NCBI GenBank assembly: GCA_041664465.1
Contig: JBAYKP010000003.1
Coordinates: 19,405-83,404, forward strand
Length of the DNA: 64,000 nucleotides
Source of the DNA: Minisyncoccota bacterium
Lineage (GTDB): Bacteria; Patescibacteriota; Minisyncoccia; Phycocordibacterales; UBA9973
Direction of reading: 5' to 3'
Shown here: positions 1 to 10,073 of the stretch, piece by piece
Layout: every line of letters begins with the position of its first letter
Numbering within the stretch: position 1 is the first letter of the stretch
The notes under the pieces: generated by a model
The model's database searches: none
The model's input: the letters and a program-made list of their open reading frames with translations, nothing else
What the model was told of the DNA's origin: nothing
Translations under genes and position numbers: made by a program

Positions 1-297
1 GGTGTTTTGGCAATCATTTGCTTCTCCATTCCAATTTGCCGCAAACGCATTTTGCGCAGCAAAAAGTAAAACAAAACTAAAGATTCCGACTATTATTTTT
101 TTCATATATTTTTTCATATTATTATTTATTATTATTACAATTTTAAACCTTCAATTTCGAAGAATTAAAGACTTAAATATGTAGTGAAGCTTTTAATTAA
201 ATTAAAGGCTTCACTATTATATTTATTACTACAGCTTTTCTTGTTTCTACTTAATTAAAAGTAGTTTTAAACTTAAGCTGTTTTTTAAAGAGCAAAT

Positions 298-1041
298 TTA
301 AAAGTTGATGTTAGCACGAAACCCAATAAAAGGGTTTTGTACCCGCCCTTGTGGCTGAGCATCTACGGGACTACCATCTTTCTTAGGAGGAGGAATGACC
401 ACGATAGGCTCTGATGACCCACCTTGGTTTTCAATAATGCGGTAAGTTCCGTACGCAAACCCTACTCCAGCAATCCACTTAACCAATGGATAATTTTTAT
501 TGAAATAATATAGCTTGCTATGCTTTATTTCAATTACCGGTGGAGGAGGTGGAGGTGGAGGAGTTGACGAAACTGTCCCCCTAAAGTATCTCCAGTCATG
601 ATTTACGGCTGGAACTGGGACAGGTTGATCTTCTTCTATCAAACCAAAATATTTTCTCTGTGTGTTTAAAATGTTGACACAGGTATCCTTATACAGGATA
701 GTCTCAAATATTTTGTTCTGGTAGAGAGTTATCTCTCCTTCAAATCTTTTCCCTGGAAAAAATTTTAACTCTTGGGTTGGGACATCCCAATAAGAGTTTT
801 CATAAGTCCCGGCTTCGAGAATTGTGTCTTTAACCACAACTTTTTGAAACAAGGAATTGATACTACTTTCTCCTGTTTTAAGGAGAAGGTAAGCAGAAAC
901 TTTTTTCGCTTTTGGTGAATCCCCATTGGCGAAATTTTTGACTTGCCTTGGACTATAGTGCCCGTAAGGAAGTATGGGCTGTCTCTGTCCATTTGTTATC
1001 AACCAACCTAGGGCGAATAACAAAACTATTGTTTTTTTCAT
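298..1041 (-). CDS. secreted hypothetical protein with poly-proline tract (PPPPPPPP)
   Basis: N-terminal signal-peptide-like hydrophobic segment; 8xPro run; no recognisable family. Confidence 0.5.
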   Translation of the reverse strand: MKKTIVLLFALGWLITNGQRQPILPYGHYSPRQVKNFANGDSPKAKKVSAYLLLKTGESSINSLFQKVVVKDTILEAGTYENSYWDVPTQELKFFPGKRFEGEITLYQNKIFETILYKDTCVNILNTQRKYFGLIEEDQPVPVPAVNHDWRYFRGTVSSTPPPPPPPPVIEIKHSKLYYFNKNYPLVKWIAGVGFAYGTYRIIENQGGSSEPIVVIPPPKKDGSPVDAQPQGRVQNPFIGFRANINF

Positions 1042-1132
1042 TTTAAATCCCTAATTTTGTTCTATCCATCCCCTAAATAGCTCTTTAATTAAGAAAGAGA
1101 TACAACAAAACTAGAAATTGACATTTGCACAT

Positions 1133-1161
1133 ATTATATCAAATCCTGCAACTATTGTCAA
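1133..1161 (-). promoter_or_regulatory. consensus sigma70-type promoter (minus strand): -35 TTGACA, 17-nt spacer, extended -10 TGaTATAAT
   Basis: read directly: plus 1156-1161 tgtcaa and 1133-1138 attata are the reverse complements of TTGACA and TATAAT; about 85 nt upstream of the 298..1041 start. Confidence 0.45.
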
Positions 1162-1240
1162 CCCCACCCTAAATCCCCTTTCTGGTGACCTATTTATAAA
1201 GTTTTTTAATTAAAAAGTTAAAATTTTATTATATAAATAA

Positions 1241-1280
1241 AAAAAGGGCCTGGGATAAATTAATAATCCCAGGTTTTTCC
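1241..1280. terminator. bidirectional rho-independent terminator (stem gcctggga/tcccaggt flanked by A-run and T-run)
   Basis: GC hairpin with A-run 5' and T-run 3'; downstream of the minus-strand gene 1313..1936. Confidence 0.45.
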
Positions 1281-1312
1281 TTTCCTTTAATATTGTTTGC
1301 AGAAAAAAATAA

Positions 1313-1936
1313 TTAATACAAGTTTTCCCATCCTTCATTATCATCTTGGGGTTCTATGAACTTTCTAAAGTCTACCAGAAGATAACATGGTGGATTTGGT
1401 ATAACAATTTTTATGTTACATTCCTTCCCGTTATATTTTACAGTACCAGTAGCACTAAAAATAAAAGAATCGGGGTTCTTAGCTGTTTTAGTTTTTTCGG
1501 CTATATCCTTTTTGCAAACTGTGAAAAAATACTCCACATTTTTTCTTTTACAGGTTACTTGAATGAAATCACATGTCTTTCTATTACTAATTATTTTGTA
1601 ACTGACATCTGAGATTTTCATTGGTGTTCTAATAGGAATTTTTTTTGCAACCTTGTTAGAATCTACGGAATAGATAACTCCGTTTTCAATGAAATCGTGT
1701 TCTTCCATTTCTTGAAGTTCTTCTGTTTTTTCAATAACCAAAACAATACTGTTATAAAAAGTTATCGTGTCCTTTTTACTTAAGTCTCTTTTGAGTCTTT
1801 GCTCAAAATTTTTAAGGCTATCTATTTTAACAGAATCAACCGAAGTTGTTGCTTTTGTGGTCTCTTTTTGTGGAGTACAACCCAAAAAAATAACACTAAA
1901 AAAAATCACTAAAATCCAAAAAGTCTGTGTTTTCAT
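1313..1936 (-). CDS. putative lipoprotein (hypothetical)
   Basis: signal peptide followed by LGC lipobox-like motif; Lys-rich. Confidence 0.5.
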   Translation of the reverse strand: MKTQTFWILVIFFSVIFLGCTPQKETTKATTSVDSVKIDSLKNFEQRLKRDLSKKDTITFYNSIVLVIEKTEELQEMEEHDFIENGVIYSVDSNKVAKKIPIRTPMKISDVSYKIISNRKTCDFIQVTCKRKNVEYFFTVCKKDIAEKTKTAKNPDSFIFSATGTVKYNGKECNIKIVIPNPPCYLLVDFRKFIEPQDDNEGWENLY

Positions 1937-2067
1937 AATTATAAATTTATGTGAAATGAATATTAAAATATCTTATTTATGCCCCAATGATGAGAAGCAA
2001 ATAAGATACTTTAATAGCCTAACAATTTGAGTATATTGTATAATAATAAATCAAGTCTGTCAACCCT

Positions 2068-2210
2068 AATTCCTCCCCTTGATAAGGGGGACTGAGGGGG
2101 TTGTTTCCCCTCTCCTTTACAAGGAGAGGGTTGGGGAGAGGTTCCTAATTAATTAAGAACCTCCCCTCATTCCCCTCCTTAGTAAGGAGGGGAGGAATTA
2201 GCTCAATCTT
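2068..2210. repeat. GC-rich palindromic repeat family 1, copy 1 (longest copy, carries an extra internal hairpin)
   Basis: aattcctcccct...cctaattaattaagaacctcccctc...tcccctccttagtaaggaggggaggaatt; intergenic upstream of pilB. Confidence 0.6.
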
Positions 2211-2250
2211 CCCTTTTATAAACCTTACTTATAATATATAATGGATATAT

Positions 2251-3951
2251 ATGACACTCACATTTGATGACGACAAGCAAAAGAAAAATCTATCAGATTT
2301 GCGAAAGCAAGAGGAGGAGGACTTGGTGGATACATTAGCAGAGACTCGCTATGGAGTTCCTCCTGTGCATCTATCCGTTATTCCAATAGACAACGACGCT
2401 CTCCGTACTATAGATGAGAAAGAGGCCAGAGAGTTAGAAGTCGCTCCGTTCAAACTTCTCGGGAAAGATATTCACGTCGCTGTTCATTCGCCACAACCAG
2501 ATAAATTAGAAAATTTGAAAAAGTATTTTGCAGATCGCGAGTATATCCCCCATTTCTATATGGCATCCAAGTTTAGTTTAGAAAAAGCTTGGGATAGATA
2601 CAAAGAAATTTCATATGCTTCCGAATCCAAAGCAGGCGGTATAGCTATCTCAGGAGAAGTTTTGAAAAAGTTGATGGCGGGTATTAAGAATATTGAAGAT
2701 ATTAAAAAAGCAATTTTAGATATAGAAAAAGATAATATCCATACGACTTCCCACATACTAGAGATAGCTATCGCTGGGGCTGTCGCTATCAATGCTTCCG
2801 ATATACACTTTGAGCCAGAAGAAAATACTGTGCGTTTAAGATTCCGTCTCGATGGAATTCTCCATACAGTAATGGATATCCCCCCTGCCGCTCACAAATT
2901 TATAAATTCTCGCATCAAGCTTATCTCTGGTCTTAAGATTACTGCGAACTCTATCGCTCAAGATGGGCGATTCAGCATCTGGCTTGATCAAGATGAGATT
3001 TCTCTCCGCGTCTCTCTCATCCCCGGAGCCTACGGCGAATCTATCGTGATGCGTATCTTAAATCCGAAATCTATCAGAGTAAAACTTGAAGATATGGGTA
3101 TAGAGCCCAAATTGTATGAGATATTCATGAAAGAAATAAAGAAGCCCAATGGTCTCATTCTCCTCACAGGTCCGACTGGCTCTGGTAAGACGACGACTCT
3201 CTACTCTTTCCTACAGAAAATTTATTCGACGGAAATTAAAATTATCACCATAGAAGACCCTATCGAATATCATTTGCCGGGGATTACCCAGACTCAGACA
3301 GATGAAGAAAAGGGTTATACTTTCCTAGAAGGCTTGCGTTCATCTCTTCGCCAAGATCCTGATGTCATAATGGTAGGAGAAATCCGTGATAGCGAGACAG
3401 CCAAGATTGCCGTGGAGTCTGCCCTTACTGGGCACCTCGTCTTCTCTACTTTGCATACGAACAACGCTGCTGGAGTCATCCCTCGTCTGATAGATCTAGA
3501 AGTGAATCCGAAAATTCTAGTCTCGGCGTTGTCTCTATCAATTGCTCAGCGTCTAGTAAGGAGGCTCTGCCTCAATTGCAGAAAAGAAAGAGTAATAAAA
3601 CCAGAAGAATTATCTTTAATAAATGGAATGATAGAAAAAGCGAAATCTTATGGAAAAGATTTCGCAGATTATGGAGTAGATATGAAGAATCCATTTAAAT
3701 TCTATGAAGCTACTGGATGTCTAGAATGCAACAATACGGGATTCAAGGGTCAGATAGGAATATTTGAAGCAATTTATAATGATGCCAAGATAGAAGATAT
3801 AATTGTGACGAATCCAAGTGAAAGAGAAATCAAAGAAGTAGCAAAGAGCCAAGTCTCTCTCAATATGCAACAAGATGGCCTTGTGAAAATACTAAAAGGA
3901 ATCACTTCTTATGAAGAAGTCGCCAGCACAGTGGATTTCTACGAGGAATAA
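2251..3951 (+). CDS. pilB: type IV pilus assembly ATPase PilB/GspE family
   Basis: Walker A GPTGSGKTTT, Asp and His boxes, tetracysteine CxxC...CxxC motif, GspE-N-like N-terminal domain. Confidence 0.85.
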   Translation: MTLTFDDDKQKKNLSDLRKQEEEDLVDTLAETRYGVPPVHLSVIPIDNDALRTIDEKEARELEVAPFKLLGKDIHVAVHSPQPDKLENLKKYFADREYIPHFYMASKFSLEKAWDRYKEISYASESKAGGIAISGEVLKKLMAGIKNIEDIKKAILDIEKDNIHTTSHILEIAIAGAVAINASDIHFEPEENTVRLRFRLDGILHTVMDIPPAAHKFINSRIKLISGLKITANSIAQDGRFSIWLDQDEISLRVSLIPGAYGESIVMRILNPKSIRVKLEDMGIEPKLYEIFMKEIKKPNGLILLTGPTGSGKTTTLYSFLQKIYSTEIKIITIEDPIEYHLPGITQTQTDEEKGYTFLEGLRSSLRQDPDVIMVGEIRDSETAKIAVESALTGHLVFSTLHTNNAAGVIPRLIDLEVNPKILVSALSLSIAQRLVRRLCLNCRKERVIKPEELSLINGMIEKAKSYGKDFADYGVDMKNPFKFYEATGCLECNNTGFKGQIGIFEAIYNDAKIEDIIVTNPSEREIKEVAKSQVSLNMQQDGLVKILKGITSYEEVASTVDFYEE

Positions 3952-4173
3952 AAAAACATAAATCTCTAAACAATCCTTTGGAAGCATGCGCTAACAAAGT
4001 AATATATGATTACAGGATAGCCACAGTAAATATAAATATAAACCAAGACGTCCTATGCACATATATAGAGCACGGGGCCGATTGCTTAGAGATTTATGTT
4101 CTCTTCGCATAAAAAAATGCTATAATCAAACTGTATTAAATAACTAAAAGAAGTATAGCATACTAAGAAAATA

Positions 4174-5199
4174 ATGTCAAGTAAAGATAATACAACCAAA
4201 CACATTCGGGAAGAAGCCTCAGTGCACAGTAAGGATGAAGGCTTCTTAGACCAGACACTGCGTCCAGAGGTCTGGGAAGAGTATATTGGCCAAGAAAATA
4301 TCAAAGCCAATCTCAAAATTCTTCTAACTGCCGCCGAAGAGCGAAACCATCCTGCCGAGCATATCCTTTTCTATGGTCCACCAGGTCTTGGCAAGACTAC
4401 CTTGGCTCATTTGATAGCCAAAGAGACTCGTAGGCAAATTAAAATTACTTCCGGACCTGCCATAGAGAAAGTTGGAGACCTTGCTTCTATACTTACCAAT
4501 CTCGCCCCTGGTGATATTGTCTTCATAGATGAGATCCACCGTCTAAATAAAATGGTGGAAGAAATACTTTATCCAGCGATGGAGTCTGGTGTTTTAGATA
4601 TCATTATTGGTAAGGGTCCTTCAGCTCGTACTATTCAGCTTGAGCTCCCGCCTTTCACTCTTATTGCTGCTACTACCCGCATTGCTCTCCTCTCTTCCCC
4701 TCTTCGTTCACGTTTCTCTGGTGGAGTTTTTAGACTTGAATTCTATACCCACGATGAAATAAAAAAGATATTGGCTCGTTCGGCAAAAATATTGGGGGTA
4801 GAATTAGAAAGTGATGCATTGGATGAGATAGCCAAGCGCGCTCGTTTCACACCTCGTACTGCCAATTATTTCCTCAAGCGTTGTCGCGACTATGCACAAG
4901 TTCATAAATTGCCACTTTCTAAAGATGCAGTAAAGAAGGCTTTGGCTTTACTTGAAATAGATGAGATAGGTCTCTCTTCTTCTGATAGAAGAATCCTTGA
5001 AATAATAATCAACAAATTTAATGGCGGACCAGTCGGGCTTAAAACTATCTCAGCCGCTACAAGTGAAGAAGAGGCGACAATAGAAGAAGTCATAGAGCCA
5101 TACCTGATACAACTTGGGCTTCTCGAGCGTACTAGCCGTGGTAGAACCGTCACTAAAAAGGGTTATGAGCATTTAGGGTTTGATTTTATAGGAAAATAA
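4174..5199 (+). CDS. ruvB: Holliday junction branch migration helicase RuvB
   Basis: GPPGLGKTTLAHLIA Walker A, DEIHRL, winged-helix C-terminus; TGcTATAAT extended -10 at about 4115-4123 upstream. Confidence 0.9.
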   Translation: MSSKDNTTKHIREEASVHSKDEGFLDQTLRPEVWEEYIGQENIKANLKILLTAAEERNHPAEHILFYGPPGLGKTTLAHLIAKETRRQIKITSGPAIEKVGDLASILTNLAPGDIVFIDEIHRLNKMVEEILYPAMESGVLDIIIGKGPSARTIQLELPPFTLIAATTRIALLSSPLRSRFSGGVFRLEFYTHDEIKKILARSAKILGVELESDALDEIAKRARFTPRTANYFLKRCRDYAQVHKLPLSKDAVKKALALLEIDEIGLSSSDRRILEIIINKFNGGPVGLKTISAATSEEEATIEEVIEPYLIQLGLLERTSRGRTVTKKGYEHLGFDFIGK

Positions 5200-5200
5200 T

Positions 5201-5692
5201 ATGAAAATACTTGCAATCGATCCTGGCTTTGAAAGAGTCGGAATAGCGGTAACAGAGAAGACAAATGCAAAGAAACACTTGCTTGTTTATTCTGATTGTT
5301 TTAAAACTTCTGCAAAAATTCCTTTTCACAAGAGACTCACTCTAATTGGAAATGAAATAGAAAAAATTATTAAGAAGTACAAACCGGAAGCTCTGGCAAT
5401 AGAGAAATTATATTTCACTACCAATCAAAAGACTGTAATGGGTGTTTCTGAAGCGCGAGGAGTCATTATATATACTGCTTCAAGAAATAGTTTAAATATT
5501 TTTGAATACACCCCTCCCCAGATAAAAGTAGCGGTTACAGGATATGGCAAAGCCAGCAAGGATATGGTGATGTCTATGGTGCCGAAACTTATAAATATAG
5601 ATAAAAGCATTAATTCTGATGATGAATTGGACGCTATCGCCATAGGTCTCACATTGCTTGCTTGTGAGAAATTCACTATAAAACAAAAATAG
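5201..5692 (+). CDS. ruvC: crossover junction endodeoxyribonuclease RuvC
   Basis: MKILAIDPGFERVGIAV RNase H-fold N-terminus typical of RuvC; immediately follows ruvB. Confidence 0.85.
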   Translation: MKILAIDPGFERVGIAVTEKTNAKKHLLVYSDCFKTSAKIPFHKRLTLIGNEIEKIIKKYKPEALAIEKLYFTTNQKTVMGVSEARGVIIYTASRNSLNIFEYTPPQIKVAVTGYGKASKDMVMSMVPKLINIDKSINSDDELDAIAIGLTLLACEKFTIKQK

Positions 5693-5781
5693 TTATCCAC
5701 AGTTTAAAAGGTATTGCAAAGAAAATAATATTTTGATACAAATGATTATTATAATATGTTTTTAAATTAAAATATTAAATT

Positions 5782-5976
5782 ATGAGTTATAAAGATGATG
5801 AAGAACTAAGTGGAATAGAGATTAAAGACGACGAAGAAGATGTGCTTATTTCTCCAGATGATCTTGATGATCCACTGGACGATGATTTAATAGTGGATGA
5901 TGATTTAATCGCCATTGAAGAAGAAGACGATGAATTAGAAGATTTCGTCGGATTAGATGGTTCTCCTGATTATTAA
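5782..5976 (+). CDS. small highly acidic (D/E-rich) hypothetical protein
   Basis: 64-aa ORF, mostly Asp/Glu; may be a real small protein or a spurious ORF. Confidence 0.3.
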   Translation: MSYKDDEELSGIEIKDDEEDVLISPDDLDDPLDDDLIVDDDLIAIEEEDDELEDFVGLDGSPDY

Positions 5977-7184
5977 TTCGTTTCAATTCTACAAAACCTT
6001 TTCTTCCCTATTCTATAGACTCCACTTTTTGCTAATTCTCCCATAGCAGAAACTTTTTCATTTTTCTCCATATAGGTCACAGCCCCACTTTCTACAAGTC
6101 GTCTAAATTCGCTTTTTGATTCAATAATTTTATTATTCAATAGTACCTCTACCAATAGAGCACCTTTTTTTGCAACAATTTTTTCTACTTCTTCCGGTAT
6201 CTCCTTTTTAGAAAAAGTCTTTTCCCAATTATCTTGCGCTTTTATAGCTTCTTGTTCGCTTTTTATAGACTTAACAATTTCATATGCCATTAGTTTTTTA
6301 AACTGCATAGGATTTGCGCCTTGTTTTATTTCTTCTTCAATCTTTTTTATATCTTCCATAGATACCTCTGTTAGAAGTTCCAACCCAGATAAAATAGCAG
6401 TATCTGGGTAAGACATGGCCTTCCCGAACATTTGCTCTGCGTTGTCACCTAGATTAATACCATTGCCCTTGGTTTTACTCATAGTAATGCCATCTGGGGC
6501 ATCCATCATTTTATTTGCTCTAACAAATTTTTCTTTGTTCAAATAAATTTTTGATAAATCTCTACCAACCAGCATATTGAAAATCTGATCAGCTCCACCG
6601 ATTTCTATATCAACTCCCATTGCAACCCCATCATATCCCTGCATTAATGGGTACACAATTTCGTGTAATTTAAATTGCTCTTCATCTTTTAATCTTTTTT
6701 TGAATAAATCCCTTTGTAATATTTGTGGTACAGTAAAATTAGACATCAATTTCAAAACATCTTCTAGTTGTAATTTAGAAAGCCATTTAAAATTTCTTTC
6801 AAATCGAACAGGATTTCCCCCTCCAAAATCTATAAGCTGGGCGGCTTGTTCTTTCCAGTTGGCCATATTTTTTTCAATTTCATCATCAGTCAATATTTTT
6901 CTAGTTGAGCCCTTGTCAGGGTCACCAATTTTAGAAGTAAAATCACCAACCAAAAAAATCACTTCATGCCCTAATTCTTGCAAAATTTTTAAAGCCCGTA
7001 TGCCTATGGCATGTCCTACATGAAGATAAGGACCTGTTGGATCAAAGCCTTGATAAATTTTTAGTCTTTCTCCTGACATTAATTTTTCTTTGAGTTTCTC
7101 TTTCGATGGGAAAATCTCCGCAACTCCCCTTTCTAAAAATTGGTCTATCTTCTTTTCATCTATTATTACTTTACTCATATTCAT
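5973..7184 (-). CDS. tyrS: tyrosine--tRNA ligase
   Basis: HVGH (HIGH) motif, GDFTSKIGDP, KMSKT (KMSKS-like), C-terminal S4-like domain, about 400 aa. Confidence 0.85.
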   Translation of the reverse strand: MNMSKVIIDEKKIDQFLERGVAEIFPSKEKLKEKLMSGERLKIYQGFDPTGPYLHVGHAIGIRALKILQELGHEVIFLVGDFTSKIGDPDKGSTRKILTDDEIEKNMANWKEQAAQLIDFGGGNPVRFERNFKWLSKLQLEDVLKLMSNFTVPQILQRDLFKKRLKDEEQFKLHEIVYPLMQGYDGVAMGVDIEIGGADQIFNMLVGRDLSKIYLNKEKFVRANKMMDAPDGITMSKTKGNGINLGDNAEQMFGKAMSYPDTAILSGLELLTEVSMEDIKKIEEEIKQGANPMQFKKLMAYEIVKSIKSEQEAIKAQDNWEKTFSKKEIPEEVEKIVAKKGALLVEVLLNNKIIESKSEFRRLVESGAVTYMEKNEKVSAMGELAKSGVYRIGKKRFCRIETN

Positions 7185-7222
7185 ATATTATCACATCTTT
7201 TGCTCTTTGTCCGTAGAATTTT

Positions 7223-7262
7223 TCCTCCCCTGTGAAGGGGAGGTGGCTCCTAGCCGGAGGGG
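7223..7262. repeat. hairpin repeat family 2, copy A (cctcccctgtgaaggggag gtggct..agcc ggagggg)
   Basis: matches the copies at 14797, 27419 and 62305; intergenic between tyrS and PBP; source of the spurious ORF 7171..7449. Confidence 0.5.
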
Positions 7263-7285
7263 TTTTTGTGTTATGATATATAAGT

Positions 7286-9787
7286 ATGAAAAAAATATCA
7301 CCTAAGACATCTAAATTATTAAAAAATATAGCCTTTGTTTGTATTGGATTGGGGGTCATATTCACAGGAGTTCTCATTGTTTGGATTAGTACATTGAAAT
7401 TACCAGACTTTAAGCTTTTCACTGAAAGGAAAATACAAGGTTCTACCAAGATCTATGATCGCACAGGTGAGATATTACTTTATGATGTTCATGAAAATAT
7501 TAAAAGGACAGTAATCCCTTATGAAGAAATAGGAACTAATATAAAAAATGCCACAGTTGCTATCGAGGACTCAGATTTCTATAATCACAAGGGTATCCGT
7601 ATTTCTTCTATAATTCGAGCAACAATTTGGGCTAAACTAACCGGTAGAAAAGTTCAAGGAGGTTCTACCATAACTCAACAGTTAATTAAAAATACTCTTC
7701 TGACTCCAGAAGTAACCATCACTCGCAAAATGAAAGAGTGGATACTCTCAGTAAAACTTGAAAAGATTATGAGCAAGGAAGATATTCTCACTCTATATTT
7801 AAACGAAGCCCCTTATGGTGGTAATCTCTATGGGATAGAAGAAGCAGCTAAAGCCTTCTTCAATAAAGAACCGTTGAATCTAACATTGGCCGAATCAGCC
7901 TACTTAGCAGCTATACCCAATGGCCCGACATACTATTCTCCTTACAGGAAAAATAAAGATAAATTGGATGAAAGAAAAAATTTAGTTTTAAAAAGAATGC
8001 TAGATTTAAAATGGATAGATGAAGCGACGTACAATACTGCTAAGAATGAAGTGGTGGTCTTCATGCCTGAGCGTCCAATGAACATTGCAGCCCCACACTT
8101 TGTATTTTTTATTAAAGATTATTTAGAGAAACATTATGGAATAAATGCCCTAGAAGAAGGTGGATTTAAAGTTATAACGACACTTGATTATAATCTGCAG
8201 AAAAAGGCAGAGGAAGTCGCCTTGCAAAGATCAAAAGAAAATGAAAAGAGTTGGAATGGTAAAAATGCAAGTATTGTAGCTATTGATCCCAAGACAGGAC
8301 AAATATTGGCAATGGTAGGATCTCGTAATTATTTTGATAAGACAGTGGATGGAAATTTCAATGTAGCCACAGCCGCAAGACAGCCAGGTTCTTCTTTCAA
8401 GCCGATAGTCTACGCTGCCGCTTTCGAAAAAGGATATACCACAGATACAACTCTTTTCGATGTGAAAACAGAATTCAATGCTTCTTGTAGCCCAGAAGGT
8501 AATCCTCTCCCAGGGCACAAGAACGCTACTTGCTATACACCAAGTGATTATGATAATAAATATCGCGGTCCAATGACGCTCCGTGATGCCCTAGCTCAAT
8601 CTATAAACATAGTAGCTATTAAACTTCTATATTTAGTCGGGATAAATGATTCATTAAAAATGGCAAGTGATTTAGGAATTACTACTTTGACTGACCCATC
8701 TCGATATGGATTGTCTCTAGTCATCGGAGGAGGAGAGACGACTCTCCTAGAAATGACTTCTGCTTATAGTGTCTTTGCGGCCAATGGAATTCGCCATCCT
8801 TATAAAGAAATTCTTTCTGTGGAAGATGCTAGTGGAAAAGTCTTAGAAAAATATGAAGACAAGCCATATCAAGTCCTCACCCCTAATACTACAAATATTT
8901 TATCTAATATTTTATCGGACGATAAGGCTCGAACTCCTACTTTTGGAGTAAACTCTGTTTTGAATATTTCGGGACACAATACAGCTGTAAAGACTGGTAC
9001 CACCAATGACAACAAGGATGCTTGGACGATTGGCTATACCCCTTCTATTGCTGTTGGTGTCTGGGTTGGTAACAATGATAACATCCCAATGAAAAAAGGC
9101 GGTGCAGCCCTTGCTGGCCCTATCTGGAACGATGTGATGTCCTTTGCCCTCAAAGACAAACCAAATGAATTCTTTGAAGAACCAGAGCCAATTGATCAAA
9201 ATTTACCTCCTATAATCCGTGGCTTCTGGCAAGGGGGAGAAACTTTCACTACAGATACTCCCTCATATAGCACCATTACCGGTCTTCCTCTTCTAAATAA
9301 TAAAAAAGAGGTGTCAGTAACAAATGTTCATACTATCTTATATTGGATAGATAAGAATAACCCACTAAATATGACTCCAAGCAAAAGTACTAATGACTCA
9401 CTTTATACCAACTGGGAATATGGAGTACAAAAGTGGTGGACAAACAATTATATGAATTATCAAAATGTTTCAGCCCTAGAAAGACCAACTGGTAGCAACA
9501 TAGAGCTATCTAAGCCAGAATTTACTATCAGCGGGATACATCCCGATTCTTATAAAAATACAGATAATGTTTCTTTCACTATTAATTCTATTGGACAAAA
9601 TCAAATCAAAAAAATAGATGTATTTATAAATAATACATATTATAAATCATTAAAAACTGCGCCTTTTAATGTCTCTTTTACTCCGAAAGATATATCCCCT
9701 ATAACAACCAATAATACTATCCGCATTGTCGGCTATGACACACTAGGTGGTGTTGGAGAAACTACTACCACAGTATTAATAAAATAA
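7286..9787 (+). CDS. mrcA: class A penicillin-binding protein (transglycosylase plus transpeptidase) with about 180-aa C-terminal extension
   Basis: N-terminal TM anchor, GT51 motif EDSDFYNHKGI, transpeptidase SSFKP and KTGTT motifs. Confidence 0.85.
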   Translation: MKKISPKTSKLLKNIAFVCIGLGVIFTGVLIVWISTLKLPDFKLFTERKIQGSTKIYDRTGEILLYDVHENIKRTVIPYEEIGTNIKNATVAIEDSDFYNHKGIRISSIIRATIWAKLTGRKVQGGSTITQQLIKNTLLTPEVTITRKMKEWILSVKLEKIMSKEDILTLYLNEAPYGGNLYGIEEAAKAFFNKEPLNLTLAESAYLAAIPNGPTYYSPYRKNKDKLDERKNLVLKRMLDLKWIDEATYNTAKNEVVVFMPERPMNIAAPHFVFFIKDYLEKHYGINALEEGGFKVITTLDYNLQKKAEEVALQRSKENEKSWNGKNASIVAIDPKTGQILAMVGSRNYFDKTVDGNFNVATAARQPGSSFKPIVYAAAFEKGYTTDTTLFDVKTEFNASCSPEGNPLPGHKNATCYTPSDYDNKYRGPMTLRDALAQSINIVAIKLLYLVGINDSLKMASDLGITTLTDPSRYGLSLVIGGGETTLLEMTSAYSVFAANGIRHPYKEILSVEDASGKVLEKYEDKPYQVLTPNTTNILSNILSDDKARTPTFGVNSVLNISGHNTAVKTGTTNDNKDAWTIGYTPSIAVGVWVGNNDNIPMKKGGAALAGPIWNDVMSFALKDKPNEFFEEPEPIDQNLPPIIRGFWQGGETFTTDTPSYSTITGLPLLNNKKEVSVTNVHTILYWIDKNNPLNMTPSKSTNDSLYTNWEYGVQKWWTNNYMNYQNVSALERPTGSNIELSKPEFTISGIHPDSYKNTDNVSFTINSIGQNQIKKIDVFINNTYYKSLKTAPFNVSFTPKDISPITTNNTIRIVGYDTLGGVGETTTTVLIK

Positions 9788-9807
9788 ATAACTATTCCAA
9801 TAGTTAT

Positions 9808-10071
9808 TTATTTTATATCTTTAAAATTACTTTCCGGAGAGATTTCCAATATCTCTTTTAATATTTTTTCTTTTCTTATTAAAATCTCATTGCGAACCAA
9901 GGGAGAGGCTTTTATATAAATAAAAGGGGGTTTTATTTGAATAAATTTATCATCAATTTTTACTGAAATATTATTTTCTATAACCTTAGAAATTATTCTA
10001 TATTTTTCTTCTTTTGAAAAAAGAATGTCTTTAAATTTATCGAAATAATTTTTAATGTGATTATAATCCAT
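9808..10071 (-). CDS. small hypothetical protein, possibly DUF721/DciA-like
   Basis: 87 aa immediately downstream of dnaN; alternating hydrophobic pattern followed by a helical tail resembles DUF721; weak. Confidence 0.25.
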   Translation of the reverse strand: MDYNHIKNYFDKFKDILFSKEEKYRIISKVIENNISVKIDDKFIQIKPPFIYIKASPLVRNEILIRKEKILKEILEISPESNFKDIK

Positions 10072-10073
10072 AC

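Noticed and set aside
765-992. Small ORFs overlapping larger genes on the same or opposite strand (for example 765..992, 1346..1612, 2556..2792, 4086..4316, 6700..7023, 8231..8518)
   Set aside because: Embedded in or antisense to well-supported genes; lengths and compositions are consistent with chance ORFs.
5693-5701. Isolated perfect DnaA box TTATCCACA after ruvC
   Set aside because: A single 9-mer in an AT-rich genome can occur by chance; no clustering or AT-rich unwinding region here, unlike 11172-11386.
7171-7449. 92-aa minus-strand ORF between tyrS and the PBP gene
   Set aside because: It overlaps the PBP start and is created by the open reading frame through repeat copy A (TPPARSHLPFTGEE); no independent support.
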